From assembly GCA_022813865.1 (NCBI GenBank), contig JALDZX010000003.1:62001-126000 (forward strand): DNA of 64,000 nt. The letters run 5' to 3'. Source of the stretch: Xylographa opegraphella (taxonomy: Eukaryota). Positions 1 to 13,350 of this stretch are shown here, in pieces. Below the pieces are notes generated by a model, which saw nothing but the letters and a program-made list of their open reading frames with translations, was not told the origin of the DNA and ran no database searches. The position numbers were made by a program, and so were the translations under genes. Each line of letters starts with the position of its first letter. Position 1 is the stretch's first letter.

Positions 1-917
1 ATGCACTGGACTCAGGTTCTTATTTTTCGATCTCCACTGTAATTCAAAGCGCTGCGCACTAATCACTGATATGTTTGTTATAATTATCTGTACTTGGACC
101 GAGATATGATCTCAGCTGGCAGAGCCGCAAAATCGACAATTCTCCGATTTACGAAGCACCAAACAGTCGGCCTACCCTTGATGTGCAAAGAGAAACCGGG
201 AGGATTTCGCCAATGGAACAACAATCTCACATATATTAGGCCATGAGTGCAAGCTTCCGGTGGCATGTCACATCAGAGTATGAGGCTTGAAGCTCTCCAG
301 AAGCAGTCAGGATCGATGACCGTCTAAAATCTGCAAGGTGATCTTCTCTCCAAGTTTAATATGTGCAAGATCACCAGTACAGGCAGGCGCGATATGCAGT
401 CTTGGACATAAAGAAGATTCACTATGCCGACTGAGAGTGCGGAGATTATAGACCAATCCGAAACATACTGGCCGTCTTTCCATGTCCAGCGGAAGCTACC
501 AGAAACTCGGCATTCGTGATGAAGAGGAGACGGCGGAGCGCAGGATCTGAGCAAAACACTCGAACCCATTCTATTGCATCCATCGTGATCCGTTGAGAAT
601 TGGGGCCAACGTTGAATTGGCAGGAAGCCTTGGCATAGTTGCGTACGTAGACACTGAAGCGTCAAGCATCTTCCTCTTTCGAACCTCTCGAGGTCGTTTT
701 GCTGTATGCCGGAAAATGGGCCTAAAGACCCAGCATATCCAATTGCACCGGGGTGGTTGACCAATAGCCTTCAACTAAAATGTAAAAGGAAAGCAACAAC
801 AGGCAAGCCGTGAAAGAGCGGATGATGTAGACCATATTAGTCTATCTATCTGTATCTTCCTCTAGAGATTACACATATACAATCCCTTTTCTAACTTTAA
901 GCGAGACACAATGTGGC

Positions 918-2226
918 TTACTTCCACAGTTTCCCTAAGCTGACCTCCTTATCATCGTGCTTGTTCAGTACCTTCGCTGTTGCAAGATCGAAGTCTTCTT
1001 GCGTAACATGCACTCTCCGCTCCCGTAATGCATACATGCCTGCTTCAGTACAAACACCTTTCAGTTCAGCGCCGGAGCAGCCGTTCATTTTTTCGGCGAT
1101 CTTCGTCAGATTGATGCCACGGGTGAGGTTCATGGATCGGGAGTGAATGCGGAGAATGTCAGCGCGGGCTTCGATACTGCAAAGATATGTTAGCATCAAC
1201 ACGTTGGACTGATTGACCAACCATCCAAGAGAAGAGACCACGACTGCAAAGCACTTACGTTGGTGGCGGAAATTCGATTTTCCTGTCTATTCGCCCTGGC
1301 CGCAGTAACGCAGGATCAAGAATATCGAGTCGATTCGTAGCCATGATGACTTTGATGTTTTTTGTTGGTTCGAAGCCGTCCAATTGATTTAATAGCTCTA
1401 ACATTGTCCGCTGTACCTCCGAATCACCGCCACTGTTGCCTTCCACTCGTGAAGATCCGATACTATCAATCTCGTCCATGAAGATAATACTAGGCGCATG
1501 TTCTCGAGCCATAACAAACAATTCCCTGACCATGCGACTCCCTTCACCAATGTACTTTTGTACCAATTCGGATCCTGACACTCGTATAAATTTGCAGTCC
1601 GTATGATGTGCTACCGCTCGTGCTAACAACGTCTTTCCGGTTCCTGGCGGGCCGTATAGTAGAACTCCTTTTGGTTGCGCTATACCGAGTGATTCGAACA
1701 GTTCTGGGTGTTTTAGACCAAGCTCCACAACTTCCTTGATTTCCTTGATCTGCTGATCCAGCCCGCCAATCATATCGTATGTGCTATCAGGAACCTTTTC
1801 AACCATCATGAGCGAAACGAGAGGATCGACAGACGATGGGAGCATTTTCTCGAGTTTGTAGGAGTCGGAGAGGAGCGTTACTCGTTTGCCAACGGTAAGT
1901 TTACTTATATCGACATTGTCTGATATATCCACCACTATAGATCTCCTTAGTTAGGCCTTCTGATATACTGTAGCAGCTGAAAGGAGCTTACCATATTTGC
2001 CTTCCGGGTGAACCTTTACGAGGACTTTCTTGGTCCCCATAACCTTCACGACTTCTCCCACGTAAGACCCGGGTTGTTGCAAGAGCCCCAGCTCTTCCCG
2101 TAGTAACCTCACTCTCGAATTGTAGTCATTTCTTTGAGCTTCTAGTCGGCGGAGGACAGCTTGACCCTGGATGATTTCGAGCTTCATGCTCTCTATCTTG
2201 TTGTGGAAAAACTTGTCGAGCGCCAT
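918..2226 (-). CDS. RPT6: 26S proteasome regulatory AAA-ATPase subunit Rpt6 (subunit 8), 3 exons
   Basis: ORFs 1951-2226, 1255-1935 and 918-1241 join: [14 protein letters not shown], Walker A GPPGTGKT, Walker [37 protein letters not shown]-terminal ...KLWK typical of Rpt6. Confidence 0.96.
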
Positions 2227-2393
2227 GACTCCTAGACAGGGTGTTGTAGCGGGACTTGGAGATATTGCTGTATATCACCGCAGTGTGGAAAGCGATGAGC
2301 TCAGATGATTTATATTCTATGAAGATGTGACTGATAGGTAATATATTCCTTAGTCCGCCTCAGCATCAAAGCTTCGGCCGTCGGCACGACCGG

Positions 2394-2399
2394 GGAGCT
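2394..2399. promoter_or_regulatory. GGAGCT motif about 170 bp upstream of RPT6 (candidate euascomycete proteasome-gene element)
   Basis: Exact GGAGCT in the RPT6/VNX1 divergent promoter. From memory this hexamer was reported upstream of proteasome genes in filamentous ascomycetes; a single 6-mer can occur by chance. Confidence 0.3.
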
Positions 2400-2742
2400 G
2401 CAACGCGCACCAAGCTAGGCCATGTTACGGCTTAGGGCCAGGAAGTAGCAACAGACGGCTCCGATTCGATTGTTGATAAAGCACTCCACATGGTCTGATG
2501 ATGCTGCACCTGATATCGAAACCATTACGACGACCTAAGTGCTCATACTCCTCTCACACTGTCGGTTCTCCTACTCCTCCGAGCGATGATAAAGGTCATC
2601 ATAGTTGATGCTGTGCCCGGGCGCAGCACTGTAACCCTGCCTCAGCCACCGTTGCCTGTGCAGCTATAGCCGATATTGCGAGTTTCGTCCACTGTGCATA
2701 GTTTAGACGGTGCCATCGCTACTTCTTGTAAGCTACGATACA

Positions 2743-5700
2743 ATGGCGCCCGATAATGGCTCAGTCACGCCCACGGGTATGGACCAGTCTGCTGCTGCCT
2801 CACCGACGGATACTAGAGGTCCTCCTCCACGCTTCGAGCCTATCACGCGTGAACAGGACGCCGAGTCCGACTCCGAGTCAGCCGTACAGCGCACTCAACC
2901 TCCAACAATATCTACAAGCTTCCGTATGTACAGCGATCCTAGCACCAGTCACCTAAGGATATGTGCTTGCCATACTGACTATGATCAGCCTCTCTAGACT
3001 CCTACACTACAGCTCAAGAGCCCACACCATCTGGCCAGCAAACGCCAATACAGCAGACTCCGGCAACGATGCAAGATTCATCAAGGCCAGGTATGCGAAG
3101 CTCGGCGTCCTCCATTGGCCAACGAGTTTTTTCTCCAGAACCCTTGAACCCAGGCCTGAAGCCCAGAAAGCCTGGTCTTGGGCGTAGATCTTCATCTAAA
3201 TACCAAGCCCCTCATAAGGGACAGGAATTCTCGGTGGATGACGATCCAGATGAGTACGTCTCCGACTTTGCACAGAGACAATCTTCTGTGGCGAAGACAG
3301 CTTCCGGCTTCGGACCGTCGCTTAGGAGACAACCTTCCACTATACGCCGAAGACAAACCATTCACCCTACATCTCTCCCCAGAGTGGATTCCCAAGGTGA
3401 AGAGGAAGTAGAAGCTATTGCCTCGGCGCCTAAGTCTGCGCCAATGCCTATTGCTCCTGAGCCTGAAGAGGCACCTGAAACCTCTGGTGAAGAAGGAACC
3501 ATTCGGGTTGACGAGGATGGGGAGGACGGGGAAGATGTACTGAGTGATACCGAGAGCTTCACATTACGCGATCGCCAAAACGCAATTAATGAAACTCATC
3601 CTTTTGGCATTCGTATCTGGAAACCCGCTCTCTACAAGAAGAACCGATCTGTTGAGAAAACTGCCGAAGGCGACATACATTCCTCACCAGGCGGGAGAGT
3701 TGACCGATGGCTGTGGACCTTTAACATTCTCTGGACCCTACTGTTCGGCTGGTGGCTTGCTATTGTAGCAGCCTCAGGAGCCATTACTTGTTTGGTCTTA
3801 GGGTTTGCACCCGGTGCAATAGACTACGGCCGAGTTCTTTGGGGACTTGCAGGTTATCTACTGTACCCATTCGGCCAGTATGTGAAGCTTGAACAAGATG
3901 AAGCCTACGCAGAAGAGGACGAAGGTGAAGGTCGGAGCATAACTGAATACGAGCAATGGCAGAGTGGTGATATTGAAGACGGCCGTCTGTTTTTCGGTCC
4001 ATTGACTTCGCGGACACTAGTTGGTCGTCGTAGAGACAGTGTTGATTCTGCCAACGAAACCGATAGCCTCCTGGGACGTTCCCGATCAGGACGACAAAGG
4101 GAAGCAGATGGTCCCAGAAGCAAGAGAAGACTATTTGGCAGAGGTCAATGGACATTTGGCCGTGTGATATTCTTCGTTTTTTTCTACTTCCTCATCGCTC
4201 CTTTTCTGCTCCTCGTTTCTCTCGCTTGCTGGTTCATGGTCTTTTGGATTCCCATGGGTAAAGTGACACTCCTCCTCTTCTACCACCTTCGTCGTCACCC
4301 GTTGGCACTTTCTTTTCATTCAGATGGTGCATACTCTAGAAGCCCTTCCTCGCCTTCGTCGTCGGTGCTCTTATGTACTTATCGCGCAGTTGGTTTGAAA
4401 TACTGGAAATACACCATAGACGGGACTAATATATTCCTTATCAACCTAATTGGCGTGGTACTTTTCGCCATCTTCGACTACTGGGTCTTGGGCGTTGCCC
4501 TTGAGCTGAATATCTGGCTCACCCATCCTGGCTTCGTATTTGCTCTTGCTCTCTTTTCGATTATCCCCCTCGCTTACTTCATCGGACAAGCGGTCGCTTC
4601 GATATCAGCACAGTCCTCCATGGGTATGGGCGCTGCAATCAACGCATTCTTCTCCACCGTTGTTGAAGTGTTCTTATACTGTGTTGCCTTGAATCAAGGG
4701 AAAGGTCAATTGGTTGAAGGGAGCATAATAGGTAGCATTTTCGCTGGCATACTGTTCTTGCCGGGGCTTTCGATGTGCTTCGGCGCCATAAAACGGAAAA
4801 CACAGAGGTTCAACGTCAAATCTGCTGGTGTGACGTCGACAATGCTATTATTTGCAGTGATAGCTGCATTCGGGCCAACCCTGTTCTATCAGATATACGG
4901 TAGCGTAAGTAATCCATACTCGAGAGGCTTCACGGTTCTATTTACTCACTGACGATTTCCAGCACGAACTGAACTGTCATGCGTGTATCGTAACCGACAA
5001 GAATACTGTTGACAGCGATTGTAGACGATGCTACTTTTCACAAATTCCGGCAATCAACGACGAGTTCTTCAACAAGGCTGTACGGCCATACTGCTGGTTT
5101 GCCGCTGTTATGTTATTTTCTTCATATATCATTGGCCTTTGGTTCACTCTTCGAACCCATGCAGCGGTGATATGGAACTCGGAGCTTGAGGAGAAGAAAC
5201 CCTTAGCAAGCTCCGGACTACATGGTGGGATTTCTCATCATTTGAACGATGCGCATGCGTTGCCTCACAAACAGCATAGCGGGTCAATTGGCCACAATAC
5301 TATCCGGGACACGCAGCTGTATCAACGTATTCTAGGGCAATCACTCAAACAAGTTGGGTTGGCTCCGTCGAACGCTGATCAATCGCGGAACGTGTCCACC
5401 AGCAGTGACATCCCAGCGTCACAGTCACCACATCAAACGCCATATTTGGTTCCTCCCAAAAGCGGTGGTACGGATGGAGTGGCGGACGATAACTCGAGTT
5501 TGAGAAATATACACATTGAAGGACTCTCCGAGGAGCAAAATGTGAGCCTTGTTCGTCAAGTTGCCGAGATGGCGGCTACAGCCGCAACTGTAGCTGCTCG
5601 TGATGCTACGCGGGCGCCGAAAAAGACTCAAAGCATCGCTCAAACCATTGTGAGCAACAACCATAGGAAAGCTTCATCGAAGGCACCCACTATTCGGGAA

Positions 5701-6568
5701 GATCATGATGATACAGTACTTGCTGAAGCGGCGGCGCAAGGAGCAAGCGGAGGACACGATGCACCAAATTGGAGCCGGATGAAAAGTGCAGTTATCCTTC
5801 TTGGAGCCACACTTCTTTATGCCATCATCGCAGAGATTCTTGTCAATACCGTCGATGTTGTTTTGGAAAGTGTTGACATTGATGAAAAGTTCTTGGGAAT
5901 TACTCTGTTTGCATTGGTTCCGAATACGACCGAGTTTTTGGTATGTCACAGCTTTTTATTTGACAGCAGTCGCTGATATGTGTCAAGAACGCTATCTCGT
6001 TTGCGATGAACGGAAACATTGCTCTATCGATGGAGATAGGATCAGCGTATGCTTTGCAAGTGTGTCTGCTACAGATCCCAGCCCTTGTTCTCTATAGTGC
6101 CTTTAATACTCAGTTCGTCGATCATGCCGATGCCCTCAACCATACATTCAAGTAAGTTTCTATCGCGCCGAATATTCTACGGGAGGACTGATCACTGCTG
6201 TAGTCTAATATTCCCTCAATTCGATATGGTGAGCTTCTTAATATCACCCCAATAGGATTCTACTGACAACATAAAGGTTACGGTCATCCTTTGTGTATTC
6301 TTGCTAAGTTACATGTACGGAGAAGGCAAGGTAAGCAACCAACCATGATTCTAATGATATCCCTGAATCAGCTAACCACAACCTTCAGAGTAATTACTTC
6401 AAAGGCAGCATCCTCGTTCTTACTTACTTCGTCATCGTTGTGGGCTTCTACCTAGCCGGCTATTCGTCAGACATGGCGGCTATGGGCATTGATCGGTTCG
6501 ACACACTCGCTATTGGCCGTGAGAGCTTCAAAACGATTGGTAGAGGAGGTGGTGGTAGGGCATACTGA
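2743..6568 (+). CDS. VNX1: Vnx1-like vacuolar cation/H+ exchanger (CaCA family with YccF/DUF307 domain), multi-exon
   Basis: AINETHPFGIRIWKPALYKK, NILWTLLFGWWL (YccF-like), alpha-1 repeat GSIIGSIFAGILFLPG, alpha-2 repeat ALVPNTTEF/NAISFAMNGN. Last exons end SNYFKGSILVLTYF...GRAY-TGA at 6566-6568. Confidence 0.92.
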
Positions 6569-7104
6569 ATTACTGGAACATTGGGATAGCGTGTATACAG
6601 CATTTGGACATGTCATTCGTTTCAGCGAGGCGTCTTGGTGGGCTGGGAACTGCATGGAATTTGTCTAGTTCTTGATTGACGCATGGTTGGAAGGAGAGAG
6701 GGTAGTATCGCTGAGTAACTATCTTTACAGGAACGTCTGTGCCTCGAGCTGCTCGTCACCTCAACTAATTTGTCGTGTGAAAATATCTAATGTTAATGTA
6801 TGTTTCCTCCATTTGCAAGCTTGGCACCTGGGACTACCTTTCTATTTCAACATGCCAATTTTGATGACATTTACGTGTAGAAATGTGCACCATTAAGGTT
6901 AGATGTTTATGTATTGGCCTTAATCCACATTTTCCTGGTTTTGTGGAAGCAGCATGGAGTAATCTGAGTCAGGAACTTGCAATATGATTGACAACTCAGA
7001 GCCGGTACCTTTATTTGACGGCCAGTAGCAAATTCTCCAGCCAAACGACCAGATTCGTGCTCAAGGCAGCACATCTTTTCACTCCGAGTTCCTCATCCTC
7101 CAGC

Positions 7105-7161
7105 CTCTCCGTAGTCCCATCTCTCCGTAGTCCCATCTCTCAGTAGTCCCATCTCTCAGTA
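7105..7161. repeat. 16-bp minisatellite, about 3.5 copies (CTCTC[C/A]GTAGTCCCAT)
   Basis: ctctccgtagtcccat ctctccgtagtcccat ctctcagtagtcccat ctctcagta read directly. Confidence 0.9.
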
Positions 7162-7424
7162 TAGTATATCAAGCTTGAGGATCCATCTCAAAGACGCTAT
7201 GCTCTGCTTATTCGTCCGTGCCTCCGAGCACCATGTGGTCTTCTCAGCTCGCTAGGTCGTAGACGTCCTTTCCTCCCGCCTGTTCCGGCCAAGTATTTCG
7301 TCCGCCACCAAAGCTCTCTGACGTCGCAGGCACTATCCCTATCCATGCTTTCCGAGATGTCCGGTCTCCGCGATCGTAGCATCCTATACACTTGCTCCAT
7401 CAACCCCCCTCTCGCGCCCAGCAT

Positions 7425-7844
7425 TCACAAAATCCCATCATTCTCCCCGTCCAACCTTTTCACTCTCTTATTCTCCCAGTCATCCAGATCCTATCCCACC
7501 CACACCGCATTAGCCCCTCATCCCATTTCCCCATCCCCCCTCTCAGCAAGCACACAACTCACCTTCGCGGCGAGGCGGTAATACTCCTCGTTCAGATCCA
7601 CCCGTCGCCCTCCGCCCTTCAGGCCCAGCTCCTCCTCCTTACTTAGCTGCCGCACTTTCCGATCGTGTTTCTCGTACCGGATGGCGGTGGCGGGGGTGAG
7701 GAAGAAGGAGCCGGCGACCATGGTGGCGATGAAGGGGAGGCCGAAGAGCAGGAATGGGTGTTTGGCGAGGGAGGTGCGGTAGGCGGCTGCGAGGTTGGGG
7801 GCGCTGCTGGAGCCGCGGAAGGGGCGCGAGGGGAAGGTGGGCAT
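7425..7844 (-). CDS. COX16: Cytochrome c oxidase assembly protein Cox16, 2 exons
   Basis: KHPFLLFGLPF...GSFFLTPATAIRYEKHD...DLNEEYYRL, then a GTGAGT intron, then DLDDWENKRVKRLDGENDGIL-TGA. Confidence 0.93.
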
Positions 7845-8256
7845 TGTGGGGATGGTGGCGGTGGTGATGATGGAGATGATGGTAATATATTTGTTGCGCA
7901 GGAGGGGCCTCAGGCAGATCGAAAGGTTAGTCGCTAAGCGCTAAGCGCCATGTCGGATAGGTGAGTTACTCCCAGCTTCGCAGGAGTATCAGTCTTAGAG
8001 GTTGACCTTTACGTACTTTCTCTCTCCACAGCACGAGAGCTCGGTGAGATCCATACGAACACAGGGATTCCGGATTTCTTTGTCGATCAAGCACGCACAA
8101 TATACATAGCGGCGTACCCGCGCGGCTCCGGTATCACCCCGCTACACCATAGTATCCGGCCCAGAATATAGTTCACGGAGAAGTGACTGCTGCCATCTCA
8201 ATTACCAAACTCCCCACTTGCCCAGCACTCCACTCTCCCCCCCCTTTCCCCCAAAA

Positions 8257-9064
8257 ATGCCCTGCACAGTCCACCCCCTCCTCCCCTCCGACCTCCCGGA
8301 ATGCACACGCATCCTCTCCCGCGCCTTCGGGCATACATCCCCCATCGTCGACGCCCTCCTCCCCCACCACGACACGCCCACGGGCCACGCGCAAGCCGTC
8401 GCCTCGTTCGAAAAGTCCCTGCACACGGACCCCACGGCGCACTTCCTCAAAGCCACGGACGCGAGCACGGGCGCCATCCTCGGGTGGGCGGAATGGCTCG
8501 TGCTGGAGCACGGGCTGCATCAGGCGGAGGAGAAAACGCCGGACAGCTACTGGGAGAGCGCCGAGGAGCGGGAGTGGGCGGCGGCGCTGTGGGCTCCCCT
8601 CGGGGCGGTGCGGGCGCGCGCGGTGGAGCGCGCCGGTGGGAAACTGCTGCGTATGTAGATGCTGCCTGGCACTGGGGATGTCTGCAGTTGTACGGAGTAG
8701 GGGTTGGTGGGGTGTAGAGCATGGCTGACCGTGATGGTGTAGTGCTGCATCTCCTGTGTGTGGACCCGACTCGTCAGCGGGGCGGCGCGGGCACGGCGCT
8801 CATGCAGTGGGGGACGAAGATCGCGGATGAGAACGGCGTGGAGGTAAGCATCGCTCCTGCGGCTGGGCTACGCGGTTTGCTCTGCTGAAATCTGTTGCCA
8901 CGTAGGCGATACTGGAATCTACGGTCGCGGGGCGGCATTTGTATGAGCAGAACGGCTTCTGTGTTGTGGAAAAGATGGAATGGGATATGCCAGACAAGTT
9001 TGCTGGAAGGGCGAAGCCGGAGCTTTTCTACATGCGGAGGCCTGCTCGCACAGGGGCAGTGTGA
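8257..9064 (+). CDS. GNAT-family N-acetyltransferase, 3 exons
   Basis: Splicing at GTATGT (~8651) and GTAAGC (~8844) gives LHLLCVDPTRQRGGAGTALM (acetyl-CoA motif A) and ESTVAGRHLYEQNGF (motif B). Confidence 0.85.
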
Positions 9065-9345
9065 TGGCGTTCGATCCTGGCTGTTTTGTAGCATGATACA
9101 GGGTTTCTAAAGTCCATTTATAGAGAGATCGAGCGGCCATGATTCGTGTGACGAGGATGTTATCGTTCCATTGGGGTATAACAAACACCGTACCATCCGC
9201 TGAAGATGATCCTTCGAAACTTCCTCTATGAAGGTAATTTGACGCGGGCCAACTCCTGGTAGCTACCAACCTCTTCCCTACTTAGCTATAGAAACTCCAG
9301 AATTCTAACATGCAACGCTACAAACGCACGCACACACAAACGAAC

Positions 9346-12300
9346 TTAATGAGATCCGCCATTGGTCTGGATTGCTGCAGCTGCTGCCATGGCATTGGCG
9401 TTGGCGTCCGCTTGGTTGATGACGCTCTGCACAATGACTTGCTCATCCGGGTTTAGGATTTTTGTCAGATTATCGTAGAGCTGAGGTTGATCACGTTGTA
9501 ACGCTTGAGGAAATTGTCAGCTAGGATATTATTGCACCGCAATAGCAAGAACGTACTCATCAATGTATTCTTGAAAACACTGTACGGCTCTACTTTATCG
9601 AGGGGCGTTTCCAGCATGCTCTCTTCCTCGAGGTCATCGTCGTCAGCGTCACCAACCGCTCCGAATTTTTGCGCCTGATGGTTTCTGTCAGAAGTGTTGC
9701 AGATTTTGGAAGAAGCAGTACACACCTCTTCATTCAGGAACTCCAAGTATGCCGCACTCTCATCCTTGACATCACCTTCGACTTCCTCACCGTCATTGTT
9801 CCATTCGCCCTCGCCCTCCCAGGTTTCTTCGTCATCCGCATCGTCGTCGTCATCGTCGAGCTGGAAGTCGCTGTCCCTTGTCGCCTCCTCGCGATCTACT
9901 ACATGTCAGCAGCTTGAACGCCTTCTTCGACAGAAACTCACTCTTCATCGCAGCCGGCAGAGTTTGGAACAGTCGAACCACACCTTGCAGTAACCTTGGC
10001 CACCCTTGTTGTACGCTTGTAGGAACATCTTCCACACGCAACGTCAACAAACTGCTTATCGCAAGGATGGAGAGCTTTTTGTCATGCACTCTTGTAAAAT
10101 TCTCGATATTCGAAAACCAAGAGCTAAAGAATTTGTTTGTCCACCCCTTAGACTCTGTCACTCGGAGTGCCAAGATAGGATTGTAGTAGATTGCGTTGAT
10201 AATCAGTTCCAGCAAATGAATCCGGTATGATTTGACTTTCAGCTCATCATTCAGTATGACCGTCATGGCCAATTCTACGAAAACCGGAACATACTGGTCG
10301 ACGTAGCCGCGTAGGTTGAGCATGATGGCTTCGGCGAGCTTACACCCGTAGATTCGGTCCATACCGCCAACCTTATCATCACGAAAGATGTCACGGACCA
10401 TACCAGCGACCGCCTCAATATATTCTGGGGTTTGTATCATCGTCTGAGAGCCGTAGGAGATGAAGTTGTCGAGTGCTGGTAACATATCTAGCATAAAATT
10501 TAGCGTCAAGCCAAAGCAGCAGGACGTAAAGTCGGATCAGCTTGGGAAATTGCATACCTTCGAGATAGAGCTCTGCTCCAGCTTTGAATGTTTTATGCAT
10601 AAGAACGAATGCTTGCCACATGGTCGGCGATATTGCCTTCGCAGCAAATGTGCAGCTGTCAATAATCTCGAATACCTCGTTGTAAAGATCTGAAAGTCTA
10701 TCAATAGCCATGCTGATATAAGAGTAAGCTCAGTTCCTTACCGTAGAGTTTGTTTTCCAGGGTAATCTGTACAACGGGCATAAGTATTGTCTCAAGATGC
10801 AATAGTACGTCCGGAGTGCTCTCCAATGTCAGGATCAAAGTTCCGATGGTTTGTAGAACCCCAAGTGCTGTAATGCTCTTGTCATCTAAGAAGTCCCCAT
10901 AAGTGTCGTCTTCCTCTTTACTGGTTTGCCGATCCAGCAAGTCCCGGACAATCCTAAGGTATGTATCACGTAATTGCTCACTTAACGCAACCGCAAATGG
11001 TGTAAGTTCTTTCGCAAACACTTCGACAAAATCTTCCATAACATTTGCAAGGGAGTCAACATCGACTTCGTTGGCAAGCTTGAGAAGTTGCTGCATTATT
11101 TGGGGAATATTCGTTTGCATTTCAGCCCTTATTAGATCATGACGAATTAGGACCTGGAGTGCCATTGCGGCTTCGACACGGACCGGCAGATCAGGATCCG
11201 TCATCGATTCGAGAACATTGTGATAAATCAGGATGAGATTACTCGGCTCTTGAAAGTCAAGTCTTTCGAACTTTTGCAATGAATCGCAAGCTCGAGCACG
11301 AAGAAAGCCATGAGGGCTTCGAAACTCTGGGAAGACGTGGCGTACGAAGAAATATTCCACTTGATGCGCAATTGGGCTTTTTTTCGCTAACAGTACGTCG
11401 GCGAGTGTCCCAATCATGCGTAGTGCGCCCTCCTTCTCCCGCGGGTTTTTCTGATCTTCTGGAGCTGACTCATACTTGTTGACTATACTGTTGACAAAGT
11501 TGAGGATCGTGAACGTCTGCTGTTGTCGGCTTTTTGTGAGGGAAACCAGGAAGTTTGTAGCAGCAACGTCTGGTGCTGTAACCTCTTCGTAGAAATTAAG
11601 TTTTCGATGTACATACTCTTGCGGGTCTGTTTCGAACAGCTCAAGATCCTCGTCGGATTGACAAAGGATAGGAAACAATACATGTGACAGAAGGTTCTCC
11701 ATATGTGGCTTCAAATGAGCCCACATAGTTTTTGGTTTGACACATTCGTCGAGGAATACCAATGTGTACGACAAAGACGGTTTGCTAAGCCAAGCGATTT
11801 TCGATACCCATTTCTCGATCTCTTGCAGATAGCTTTTTAAGATCTCAGGGGCAAAATTGGTAATGAAGGACTTAGCGAACTCTGTATAATCCTGGCCGTG
11901 ACTTTTAGAGAGTGTGCCCGGATTACCATAACTATATAATGTCAATTGATGACAGAAAAAAACATCAGCGGAAGTGTTTCATACCGAACATAGAGACGAT
12001 TCAGGTTTGCGTATGCCCATTTTTTGGCCTTCCACCAGTGATTCGTCTCTCGCTCATCCAAGTCGTCCGAAAGGGCATTCGGCGGCGCTACCTTGCTCAC
12101 CACTCTTATAAAAAGTGTGCACCACCCGACCATATGATCCTGACCCATCAGATATACTGGGAGTTCGAACTGTGGCGATTAGACTGGCGGTGCGATATCA
12201 TGGATTTGGTGGACATACATAGATGGCATGTTTATACGATTTGATAACAATTCGCAACATCTCTCCCGCTTCCAGACTCTCCTCGTCGACAAGCCGAGTT

Positions 12301-12957
12301 CCAATATTGAGCAATTGGTTGAAAGATAGCTGAACGATCTTGTTGAAATCCTCCCTATTCTCACCAGCCTTGAACCTGTATGTCCTGCATATCGCCAATA
12401 GACATTGCAAACCAGCGAAAACGGAATTTGCGTCGTTCGTATTGAGTAGTTGCATGGTGATATCCATAAAGTCGGGCCATTTGCTGGGGAAATCAAATTG
12501 TAATATCTTTTGAAGTATTGGAACGAGCTGAGTGCGAATTTGTGACGGCGAGGAAGCCAAGACAGGCAGAAGACGGTTACGGAACGAAAGCTTCTCATCC
12601 TCGGATATAGGCTTGCTCAGTGGAACGTCGTCCCCGGACGACCAGCTCCTACTGACACGGTTCTTTAGATAGACAACAGCTACAGATTGTGAGCATAGAA
12701 ATCTAGATTTTTAGGCCCAAGGTCCCTTACTGGACAGTCGGACGCCATTGTCTTGCTCCGCTTGAAGAATGTCGAGCAGAGCATTTGTGAAGCCGGGTTG
12801 ATCTTCGGCCTGACAAGTGATCGTTTAGTGACATATCAGACTAAGCCCAGAGATTGAAGGCACATACGTATCTCAGGTCGAGCTCAGCTTGGCGCCTGGT
12901 GTCGGCGTTGGGGTCGAGGGTTGCCTGGATGCGATTTCGAAGGACGCCGACATCCAT
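9346..12957 (-). CDS. NMD5: Importin-beta family karyopherin, importin-7/8 (Nmd5/Sxm1)-like, multi-exon
   Basis: MDVGVLRNRIQATLDPNADTRRQAELDL start, IBN_N-like DFPSKWP, WWKAKKWAYANLNRL, REKEGALRMIG, acidic C-terminal loop. Confidence 0.9.
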
Positions 12958-13350
12958 CTCGGATCACTATTGACGCCACGCGCCCACGGATTTCCTAGAC
13001 TATTAGCGCTGGCAAAGGTAAGCAGCATTTGCAGTGGTCCTCAGTACATCCGCGTGTTGAACTTCGGCGGACCTGGGTGCAGGACTTGGCCTGTGGAGTC
13101 CACAAAACAATGGAAAGATTTAAGCTCTGCCATCAGAGCTCGAATCCTAGAATTGAGGCATGGCCGGGGGCTTTGTGCTACACACGGCCGGAGTGCGACT
13201 TAGCGTGAAGGACTCGTAAATTAGCCGCCAAAACGTGGGTGGTCCAGGCGTGGCTACGGGGGTTGACCAGCAACCGGCCTCCCCCTATAACGGTACGGAA
13301 CTACCGACACCACGATAGCAACAAACTTGGACTCCTTGTTCACTCTATTA

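Noticed and set aside
1..780. Short ORFs downstream of RPT6 (84-266, 324-764, 571-774)
   Set aside because: No recognisable motifs, stops in all frames and no coherent exon structure; neither a gene nor a transposon remnant can be supported.
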